Assembly (NCBI GenBank): GCA_032718475.1
Contig: JAUCBJ010008805.1
Location: forward strand, 1-54,084
Length of the DNA stretch: 54,084 nt
Reading direction: 5' to 3'
DNA from: Nemertoderma westbladi
Taxonomy: Eukaryota; Animalia; Xenacoelomorpha
A program made the position numbers and the translations under genes. The notes below the pieces were generated by a model. It worked only from the letters and a program-made list of their open reading frames with translations. It searched no databases and was not told where the DNA came from. Numbering within the stretch: position 1 is the stretch's first letter; each line of letters starts with the position of its first letter. Below are positions 14,501-26,500 of this stretch, piece by piece.

Positions 14501-17500
14501 TTACTAGGATTCGAACTCAATACCTACTACATATATAATTTCCAACGCTCTACCGACTGAGCTACTGAACCACTTGACTAAACATCGTACAATAGATATA
14601 ACAAATGCAAATGAGGATTCAAGGTAATCTTTTAGCAAAGTTAATTCGAATAAAAATAAAATTTTGAAAATCCACGGCATTTAGGGAATACCGCTCCATG
14701 AAAACAGGATATTATCGTGCATAAAATATACGGTTTTCACCAATAATCAATCAAACTATAGAATACTTAGGGCGTACTTACATATTTACAATTAAATTTC
14801 AAACAATACTTCCTTTCTACATAATGATTCGATACAAAATAATTACAAATTCAAACTTTACGTATTTAAGGCTTTACTAAGTAAGTACAATATAAATCTA
14901 AATTAAATTCACCAATATAAATCTATTGCATCTCAATATTGCATAAATTCAAACAATTAAAATACAAATAAATGAAAATTATAAGAAAAGGCTCGCGAGT
15001 CTTCCATCTACTATTGCATCTCAAATATTGCATAAATTCAAATAATTACAAATACTTTCGTGCCTAAATGTAGATTGCATAAGTTCGGAATAATTACAAA
15101 TATGAGTCTTTCTAAGCACAAAACTTTCTAACTATAAAACTTTCTAAATACAAAATATAACACTTTACAAATGAAACTATAAGAAAGGCCCATGAGTCTT
15201 CCATCTACTCTTACTTTCTATTTCACTGTAAATACAAATACTGCTTATAAGATATAAATTGCATAGTATTCGGAACAATATAAATTGCATAAGTTCGGAA
15301 TAATTACAAATATAAAATATAAATTCTTACAAAATATAATCTTTACTAAATATAGATATAAACTGCATAAGTTTAGAATAATATAAACTCCTTTGCATCT
15401 CAAATATGAAACATAAATCTTTCAAATATAAGTTCCTTCTAAATATAAACTTTCTAAATTTCATAAATTCGGAACAATACAAATTGTATAAGTTCGGATA
15501 AATATAAAATATATAACTCAAATAAATCACAAATTCACAAGAAAGGCTCACGAGTCTTCCGTCCACCCTTGCCCTCCCTTTTATCGCTTAGTTGATCGAG
15601 CCCTGCCGCGTCCTCGAAAACTGCGCACAGGTGACTTTGCTCGCGATATGGGACTCGTGGGGCGAGTCACTGGTTTCGCTTGGACGTTGAGAGACGGTGC
15701 GACTATTTCCTCGCAAATTCGTCTATTTGGCATCCCAAAACCTCGACCGATTCCTCGTGACCGATCAGTTGTCACTACAGTTGGTAGAACGTCTGGGAAT
15801 GCGCGGGAAGCGGACGACGCAGACCCAAGAGCAGCTTGCGCCCCCTTTTGATCAGCTGGTGTGTGTCCCGATCCTCCTGTTGGTTCTCTAGGAAGCGATA
15901 CCGTATCCGTATCCCGTATCCCGAGTAATTCGAATGGTCGGCTCAGCTCCCTTGCGTTCTTCTATATTAATAGACTTCTTTAACTGTTGGCCCACTTTCT
16001 GGACCCGTATGATCCTACCCTGTCCATTCTCCCGAGGGTGACGTGCAGACGGCGCAACCGGAGTGGCTGGTATATTTGTCGCCTCTAGGACCTCGAATAC
16101 GCTCGCTCGTATACGTTTGTGGTAAAACGCGGCTCGGTACGCCCATGCGACGGTTAACCAAGCTCCTTTATTCCGCTTTTCAGTTCGGAAACGATCGAAT
16201 TCACCATACGTGATGCGATTAACGACTTTCTGAAAATTCCACGTGTTTTTGTTATCGGGGTGAATCTGTAATAGATACTCGCGCACTACTCGGAATCCAC
16301 TGTCGTGGGGTAAAATATCGACTACCTCGATAAGTTCGTCATATTGGGGCATAGCGGAGATGTATCCTTCCGACATCATCGTTTGGGGATTTACCGCCCA
16401 AAATCCAAGATGCGCCCTCATCGGAAATCGTCTTCTTTGTGCCGATACATGTTCGTCGGCTAAATCTTCCCACTCATCGAATAATTTTCTCACGAGTTTT
16501 ACAGATTCGTGTTCATAGGGTATGTCTCTTAGTTGGCATTCAGATGCTCGATGCCCTTTTATATTGCAATAAGTACATTGAGCCATAAATCTCCAGCAAG
16601 TATAAAAGGTATGAGACCCTTGATCTCCACACCATCCACAGATTAGCTGAGTCGTAGTAATGTGCTTTCCACTGCACTTGGTCGAATGATGTCCAGCGAC
16701 GCCACATTTACCACACATCGTATTGGCAGGGTACCACACTCGTTCGTATATAAGATCTCCAATCGGTCGAACGCTTCCTCCCACACTATAATCGTAATCA
16801 TCTGGATCTATGGGTTGGTAGGTTTCTGAGGGTTGTATACAAACTATAGCATCTGTTGCTTCAAGTTGTCGAATCTCCGTCTGAGATTTCTTCGGGAGGT
16901 TCCTTTCTATCTCAAGAAGTTCCTCTAAAGGATCGTCAGTGATCGTAGTAGTTACTTCGAAATCATCACCAAGGTGACCGATAGGCGCGCGCGTCTGCCG
17001 TGATTCATCCGTAATCTCCACGATACGTTCTCCTTCATAGGGTAACAATATAAACATAGATGGTCTTTCGATAAGAGATCCCGCACAGCGAAGATACACG
17101 TCTCGAAATATACTAAATCCTGCTCGAGTAAAGGCATTACACTGAGCGTCGGAGTTGTAGAAGGGTTCAAGGAATCGTCTAAACACGTCGGTATGAATTC
17201 TCCCTTCCATGTAGAACGTATGATCTTCTCCGAGACAAAGTGGATGTCTTTTGAGAGTCCGAGACACAATGTCGGCGATTAGGCAAACATTCACTGACGA
17301 CTCTATTGCTAAATAATATTGTAGGACCGCTCGTGGAGGTGACGTAATAGCCCAATACACGCATCCTCTCCATTTAAGCTGTGATTCAAACTCACTCATA
17401 TCTGGAGTATCACCTTCTCCATAAGTCTCAATATACTTGGTTCTCTTACTTTCCTTATAATCCCAATTGAATAACAGGTAGGAAATGTATCCAGTTCCAG

Positions 17501-20500
17501 TCTTCTGAGTATTATACTCACGAAAATATCCCTGTTCTATAGACCACAAAATAAGAGGTCGAGTGTCGACGTAAGGTGTCGGTAGTCGGTCATCGCTGTC
17601 CGTCATGCCGGCGAAGTCGTTAATTAAGTCCTCCCTTACTCCTGATCCAATCTTTACAACAGTTTTATCTAAAATCATGTTTCTTACCATCTTCGGTAGC
17701 ATTCTAGCGTCGATATTACAAGCTTGGTCCATCTTCTTTACTATGTCAGTGATAAGATGGTGTCGCTTTGTATTCGCTGGAGGTATCGGCATTCGTTTGT
17801 CGCTCCTCTGACTACTGAAAACGTGCAGGACTCCGTCCGCCGCTCTAATTTGTATAGTCTTAGAAGTCAAACTCTGTTGATGACTACCGCCCTCGTTATC
17901 GTAAAACATGTAACCATTTTCCTGAAACGATCTAAACGTCCTATTCCATTCATCCAACAATTCTTCCGAAGGTTGCCAAATCTTCTCTATGTCCTTATCA
18001 TCTTCGAAACGAATAACCTTACCTCGCCAATCCGCGGCAATATCTGTATCCGACTCGAAGGTTCCGGTTCCAATCCATAAACGAATCGTCTTGGTTAAAT
18101 ATCCTTTCAAATTACTCGGAGCTATATCGGCACCAGCTCTATCCAGTTCCTTAAAGTCTTGAATATGAGGTGGAACGTTGTACACGACCTTTTGAGTAAT
18201 ATGTCTACGTAAATCATATATCTTACTCATATCGCTGAAAACAACTGCAGGAAGAAACTCCAAGTTTGAAATGATTTCTGGATGATCCACGATGGGTATT
18301 TCGTACGTCGTATCCTGTCGGACTGGTATACTAATAGGAAAATTGAGTGTCGTACTCAATGGTTTCGTAGTTGAAGTACTATATGGTTGCATTTCTCTTG
18401 TCCTCTCCGGGGATGCAATCTGTAGTCTCTGAATAACGTTTTGAGCAAAGTTTATGCTCTCGAAAACTTCCGGTGTCATCTCCTTAGCTGGAGTTTGATC
18501 GTGTGACGTCCAATGGTAAGGTAGGCTCGCGAGTCTTCCGCCCCATTCTTCCATCTCACCTTTCTCGAAAGCCTTGTAGGCTTTGTAAAGGCTAAGAGCT
18601 TCTTTCTTTTCGCGGGTTGACTGATTTGCCTCGTCCAGCGTAAGTTCAAATACATCGGGTTCAACAATCTTAGGTGGGTAAACGACAGTTTCTCCCGCCT
18701 TTGGTCCGGTCATAGCAAACGAATGATATGGATTCGATAAAGGATACCCTCCTTCCTGATAGCGTAGTTGTTGATGGTTCGAACACCTCGCCAATATCGG
18801 TTCGGGATTTTCCTTATTCAAACGCATCGGAATCGCATTTCGTTGTTCGCGCATACAAGAACCGCATTGATAATAAAGTTTATAAACTGAAAATGCTTCC
18901 TTGGTTTCTCTATCGTCCCCTCGAGTTCGTCTGTAAAGATGCATTCCATCGAATTCATCGCGTACCGCGGGCATAGGTTCGTGCGCCTTTAGGTATTGCA
19001 TGGTATGATACAAACGACTAATTTCAGTATCGGGGTCTTCGCTAATGTCTCCCGTATCACACAAAGCGTCGTACGGGTACAGTTCATTGAAGGTTTTGCG
19101 CAAACTTTCGATTCTTTCATTTAATGCGTTTTGTCTTCTCTTTAATACATTTGAGTCATATTTAGTTCTCGCGAGTTTCGCTGTACTTTCTGATAATTCT
19201 TTTATACCAAATATAGTGTAGTCCTTGGCTCCAAATCTTTCGAATGGCGCTGCTGCCTCCTCTTGGATATCATATCCCCATCTCGGCTCTCCTTGTATCC
19301 CTTTCTCCATAATTAGAGGTGTAGTTACATAATCATTACTACTAGAGGGAATACAACAGAGTTTGTAGTTAGTTGTGAGGAGACGTGAGAGTTTCGTCTG
19401 CCCTTTTGGCTCGACAACGCTCTAACCTCCTACCCTAGCCTAAGATCTAGGGTTTCTTTAATGACACGCTGCTTCTTATCTAAAAATTTTTGCCGAAATA
19501 AAAACGAATTTGGGCTAAACTGGCTGTGAGTCTAAAATACTCACCTTTTGATCCCAAACTATTATCAGAAAATAAGCAGTCAAGAATTAGTAATAAATAT
19601 AGGGGAGTCTATTTTGACGTAACTTATTGAAACAAGACCGTGTAAAATTTAATTAAAATTTTAAGAAAGGCTCGCAAGTCTTCCTCTCTTGTTTCTCTAA
19701 TTTTAAGTTCCACCCGACTGTACCCTGAAATCTATTCACTGGAGAAAATTTTAAAAATTTTTCAAATCCAAATGGATTGTCTAAAATTTCGAAAATGTCT
19801 CAATATTGTGAGTTCCAAGTAGAATTCCATTTCTTATACCTACAAATCCCGCTCCTATGTGACACATAAGGGTACTACCCTCAATGTTCACATATAAAGA
19901 CAATGGAATTTTACCGCTGTCCTTACTACGGTGTACAGGTACGTGGAAATCTATTTGTAAACTCCTAATTATTTACTAATATTAGTTGGAGATTTGTAGT
20001 CTCCAGACTCGTTACGAGTCTCTTCAAGAAGTACGAGACGTTGAGTCGGTCTGTCTACTGTACGACCGTCAATTGTCCGTACCGTCACAGTTCTTGTCAC
20101 TCCATCCATAGATGGATGTGTGGCTAAAATTACACCTGTTATCCAGAAGCGTCTTTTTAGATTCACTTCCACTAACAGCACGTGATCTCCCGGCTTTAAT
20201 GCGCGGGTGTTATTGTACCAGTTTGTTCTGGCAGAAATAGAGGGCAAATAATGGTTTTGCCATATTTCCCAGAATTTGTTAGCTAGTAGTTGCGTGATTT
20301 TCCACGCTTTTCTACCATTGCTATCGCCTTCTATTGGAATAGAAATAGGCATTAATGTGGTCGGTGCCTGCATAAGCAGGTGTGCCGGTGTTAAAGCAAA
20401 CTGGGATTGTTTGTCATCGGGTACTAATACTATTGGTCTAGTATTTAGTATTGCCTCGATTTCAACAAACAGTGTTGTCAGTTGGTCGTCTGTCAATATG

Positions 20501-23500
20501 TGGTTTACTGGAATGACCTTTGCCATGGCTGTCTTTATAGATCTAATCAATCTCTCCCAGACTCCGCCTCTCCATGGACTATCTGGAGGATTAAACTTCC
20601 AAACAATCTTGTAAGGACGTAGTTCGTTTGAGATTTGATCATGATCCAATTTCTTAAAGGCTCTAGCAATCTCATTTCGAGCACCAACAAAGTTTGTCCC
20701 TTGGTCTGAGTACAAGCATTTCACTAGTCCGCGTCTAGCGATAAATCGCCGCAATGCTAGTATAAACGCGTTGGTGGAAAGATCCATCACACGTTCAATA
20801 TGAACTGCCCTACTGGACATACATGTGAAAATCAGTCCCCAGCGTTTTACTAGTATACGTCCACGTTTCGTATGTATGGGACCAAAGCAATCAATTCCAG
20901 TCTCTGTAAAAGGTGGTCTGAATGCTTGAAGTCGTGCTTATGGGAGTTCACTCATTTCTTGGGTACCTATTCTAGAATGTACCTTTTTACAAATAATACA
21001 CGTACGTGTCACTGAACTTAACGCTTTACTGTGTCTAATTAATACAAATCTTGTACGTAAGTAGGAAAGATAGTGGTGTCTTCCAGCGTGTTTTAGATGT
21101 AAATGTGCGTCCAGTATCATTGCACGTTGTAGTTCGTGATGTTGTGGTATTATTATTGGGTATCTAAAGTTTGTGTTAAAGTCAATGTTTTGAAGCCGAG
21201 ATTTATGACAAATTAAGCCATTATAAATTATCGGACTCCAACTCAATATTGGTGACGACTTGATTGGTTGACCTTGATTTATAGATGTGAATTCGCGCGC
21301 GAAATATCACAGTTGGTAATGGCGAATTAATTTAATCTCACACCTGTCAATCTCAGTCAATGTAAGTCGACGTGTAAAGTCTCGTTTGCCTTTAACGTAT
21401 TGTACAAAACGTACAATCCACGCTAATTTTCGGCAAGCGTTTGTCCAAGAGTCTGTTAAGTTTACAATACAGTCGACGTGAGTATTTGTGACGTCATCAG
21501 GTAAGTCAAAGAATTTGGAAGGTTTTGATTTACTAGAAGGGCCCACGGGTCCGCCGGTAAGTATTCCCTTGTTGACTGTTGATCCGTCCGGGTCTACAAG
21601 TAATTTGTCCTTCTTCGTCTTCTTACCTTGATTGTCAGTACTTTGTAAGTCGATCGTTAATGGTGGTTTGAACTCTATGGGGTCGGTGGGTTTCAGTAAA
21701 CTTAATTTTCTGCCGATATTAATCCCGGGTCTCACCATAGGTTGCAAGTTTGGTATGTCTCTTGAGCGCAGAGTAACACCTGTATTTACATTAGCGTAGG
21801 TACTACCCACATCTGTAATACATGAGGTTTCACCGTGCTTATGGTTGCTCAAGTGTGTCAAAATTGGTAGTTTGTCAATACAAGGCCGCTCCAATAGGGA
21901 AACTGCGGCTTTACTGTTTGTCAATATGTTACTAGTGTCTGGTAGAACATTTTGTGACATGTCTGGCAAAACGTCTGGTTGCGCTTTCGTCCTTTTGGGC
22001 TCCTCTCCGAGGCGCACCCATGAGGTGGACGTGTTTCCACCACCCCGGGGGCCAGTTCGACTGATATTTCTATCAGTCGGATGTTCCAACCAGGCCGCAG
22101 GGTGGCCCGATGCTTCCCGGGTTCTGTTTTCGGTCCCCCGATCACACCGGCACAGCTCGTCGAACGTGTAGCCAGATGGGCGGCTACTGTCAACTTACTG
22201 TGGCCTGACTGTACATTGAGCCAACTCAAAGTATAACAAAGAGTCAACCGGCAGGTGGACCAGTCGATAGCGATCGAGCACCAAGGTCGCCCTTAGGCCT
22301 AACCGACGGTCTTGTCCCATGTGGGCTTGAGCTACCCAACATGGAATTTTGACTCGTTTTCACCTGCCTCGCCGCAGTATTGAAAAGACAATACTGTCTG
22401 TAGCTCAAAAGCTACTGAACAAGTAACCACTTACCAGTCACTGTACACGTGTACTCAACAGATGTTCACGAAATCAAGTACACAAACGGTAAGCACAAAA
22501 TCGAACACATACCATGCACACACAGAGACATAATCGGTAAGGACAAAATCGGGGTCAAATCAGAGGGGACAAAATTGTATCGATCGGAGGCAAATCAAGA
22601 GTACTTATTTTGCCGTCAGGGCAAAATAACTTTGTGTGCACAAAGTATGCTGGGGCGCAGTAAAGTATGGTCCTACTAATACCAGTGGCGTCTTGTCCAA
22701 CTGGCAAGGGTTCCCATACCCACTCGCAGTGGCCACACATACAATCACGTGTACTCACGTACCCACAGCAACAGAAAGCTCAAGACCCGACGGTTTATTC
22801 CAATGCCACCAAAGACCAATCAGCTGAACATGGAGACAATAACATATAGTATCAAAAAAACGGAACAGCTGATGGCCAATGGAACCATCCAAGCCCCAAG
22901 CAAACTGCCACTGATCGCCCACATACGAAACATAGTTCGCGCCACATGAGCCACAAATCACGCCATGCCACCACCCCTACTGTGTACAGGACTGGCAGTA
23001 CGGCAACATGCCGACTAGACGGAACCACGGCACCATGGCAATTCATGGTTCGCTAGACACGAGGGCCTTAAGTAACTCCCTTGCACTATATCACCAGATT
23101 TAACGTGCCCCCAGACCCTCACGAGTCCGCCGCCGCCTGTTGACAGCACCCTTATAGAGACCTCACCTCTTTAGGTACCGTCTGGTAACGTGTCTGGTGT
23201 AGAAAGGCTCGCAAGTCTTCCGTTCTTGACCTTTGAAGTTATATCTTTCCATTTCGCCTTCGGTTTTTTCTTGAGTTTAGCCGCCGTCTTTTTCTTTGCT
23301 TTCCCTTTCTTTGGTTTTTTAATTTCCGCGTCTTTAGGGATAGTGTTAGACTTGTTGTCGTATAGTGGTGGCCAATGTTGTATTGATCCCTGCAAGAACT
23401 GTGGTCCGTGCTGCCAAAATTCTTTGTTCTCCGGTTTACAGAATTCCTCAGGCATCATTCCTCTTGACGCAATATCGGCTGGGTTTTGTGGTCCGGGACA

Positions 23501-26500
23501 ATGTCGCCAATCTTCCTTTATTGAACGGTCTAGAATTTCTGCGCGACGGTTAGCTACGAATGTCTTGATTTCAAGTGTGTCGTTGTTTATATAAAATAAA
23601 ACCAACGTCGCGTCAGTCCAATAAAATATCTGTAAACTTGACTGTAGTTCTGTCTGTATAAGGTTCACGATTGTGGTTGACAGGGTTGCGGCTTGTAGCT
23701 CAGCTCGTGGTGTCGTCATATACTTAGTAGGCATTGTTTTTGCCTTAGAAGTAATGAGCGAAACATCGAATTCTTCTGAGTCTACTTGTCTGCGCAAGTA
23801 CGCTGCCACACCAAAGCCGTTGTCACTGGCGTCGGAAAAACAATGTAATTCCAAGTTGTCAGGAAATGTTGTTTGTAATGGAAAGTAGACTCTGGGTATG
23901 GAATAATCCTCTAGCGAAGATAATTCTGCCTCCCAGGTTTTCCATAAGTCCACTTGGTCTGATGAGATCGGCTCGTCCCATGTCAGTCCATCCTTCCAAA
24001 TACTGCGCATATAAATTCGGGCTTGCAGTATTATTGGACTGATGAATCCTAATGGATCGAACAATCGGCTCAATTTTGATAAGCATGATCTCTTTGTCAG
24101 TGTGTTTTCTTGACTGTCCAGTCTCACCTTCACTCGAAAGTTGTCCGTGTTTGGGTCCCAAAAGAGCCCCAACACCTTGGTCGTCGGTAGTGGTTCGAAC
24201 TCTAGGTCTATGTCACCACCTCCACGCTCAGTCGTTCCGAATGAGTCTACCAATTCGGCACTATTTGAGGCAAATTTGGTGAGGTTAAAACCTCCGCCCT
24301 CTAAGCAGTCCCGTAATTGATGTGCTACTGTTATAGCACGTTCTACTGTGTCACAACTCTGTAAACCGTCATCGACGTAAAAGTCACATTCTACGATCTT
24401 AATTATCTCTGGGTCATATATGTGTTTCTGATCCCTAGCGGCTTGCTTTAGGGCGTACATCGTACAGTTTGGGCTGTCCCTGGCACCGAAAACGCGAACT
24501 TGCATTTGGTAAGTCGCCGGTGGTAGACTTAAGTCTCCTTCCGGGTACCAGAGGAACCTCAAACTGTCTCTGTCTCGCTCTAACGCTCTCACTTGGTGAA
24601 ACATAGCTTCGACGTCACAAGTAAAGGCTACTTGACGCTGACGGAAGCGCATAATCACCCCCATAAGATAATTATTCATGTTTGGTCCATCCATCAACTC
24701 GCTATTGAGGGACATTCCCTCAAACAGAGCCGCACAGTCATTGACTACACGTACTTTGTCTGGTTTGTTGGGGTGTCTCACGTAGTGATGTGGCAAGTAG
24801 TATGTTTGGTCAGTCACTATCTCCGGGTTAGTCATTCGGATAGCGTATCCCTTGGTCAAATACGTCTCCATCTGAGTGTTGTACTGCAGATGGGCTTTCT
24901 CGTCCTTTAATAGACGTTGTCGTATTGAGTGTAGACGTCTTAAAGCTAGTGGATAGTTATTTATGAGTTTAGGACTTTGGCTACGCCATAACATCCCTAC
25001 CTCATAATGTCCGTCTTTCGTCTGGCGGATAGTATCTTCCATTATCTTCAAAGATTGTTTCTCCTGTTCCGACATACATGGTTCGTAGCTACCAGGTTCA
25101 GCTGTATCTTGTTCTAACCACCTGATAGTCTTCTCCGTTAATTCTTTGTCCAGTGCAGCTTGTTCCACTTGATGATTTCTTAAAGCGTCATCATTGATAT
25201 CGACGGGTATTGTTGAGGTTATTGGGGTAGGTGGACTCGCAAGCCTTCCGGCGTTATCATCTGTCGTCGATGGAATCTCTGGCTGACTCGTCTTCTCCCC
25301 AAGTTCTAAACTCACCTGGTGGATTAGCTGCTCCTTGTGACTTATCATACTAGTTACACGTCTGTCATGTTTTGTATGTAAGGTAGTATAGTCTACGTCG
25401 TGTGAAAAGGAATGAGTCGACGTTGTAGTTAATAAACTACATGTACTTTGTATATCGTCTTCCTCGTCACTTATATCCAGTGTGCGCACAGGCGCTCGAG
25501 TATACCATCCTATCGGCGTTCTACAGGCGTATGCGTTTCCCGCTACGACTGCCGATGGTCTGGTTTCCCACACTTGATGTAGGTTGAATTGGTCTGTCCC
25601 GATCAGCATTGCTACCGATCTATAATTGACAGGACATTCAGGTACACCAAGGTGTCTGAAATACTTACGGTCCTCCAAGGATTGTTCTGGGACAGGACCT
25701 AGTAGGTTACTAAAGTCCTTGGTGGCCGCGAAAGTCAAATCCTTAAAGGGTAACAAAGATCTCTCCTTTTCGCTGTGTTGCGATTTCGGAAGAAGAGTGT
25801 CTAAGTTTAACTTAACTCGTGTCACTGGTATTGCACGTTGTCCGTGCATACTACTTACGGTGTAACTGACGTGCTTACCTTGTCTGAGATCCGTCACGAC
25901 ATCAGCTATCTGCTCATCCATGTAGCTGTGAGATGAGGCTGAATCCAGGATAGCGTAGATTCTCTTGCTCCCTTTTGTGCCAGTAATCTTAATCGGAATT
26001 ACACTGAAACCCTTTAGTTGGTCAGTCGTCAGAAGCGCGATCGATGGTTGTTCGTCTCCATCTGAATATACGTCGTCGTCTTCTGACTCTTCGTCCGACG
26101 ATCCGGATTGTTCTGAGAAGCAATCCTTAATATGTGTCACGAAGGTTGGAGTCGTTTTAGATTCTCGATTCTTGTAGGCTGTATTACATTTCGCTGCTGC
26201 TTCCGGGTGTTCCCTGGCGAAGCGTTTTGTCGGCGTGTGGCTGTCTGGGTGGAGCAGACCGTCGTGGTTGCGTCCACAGGATGGACAAGTGTCGGTATTT
26301 GGGCAATCTTTGCGGACGTGTCCGTGTCGCGTACACCGCCAACAAGAGTCCAGTGGCCGTATCTGCAGCCGTCGTTCTTCCGAGTTTAACTCGCGAAACT
26401 GTCGACAACCTCTCAACTTGTGACCGATATACCGCTTGCCTAAATGCTCGCAGTATTGGCAGCCGCTGAAGTCTGTACTGAGTTGCTGTCTAGTCTGTTT

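Noticed and set aside
15888-19310. ORF3 as an env glycoprotein
   Set aside because: No signal peptide or transmembrane segment; it has exonuclease and knuckle motifs instead.
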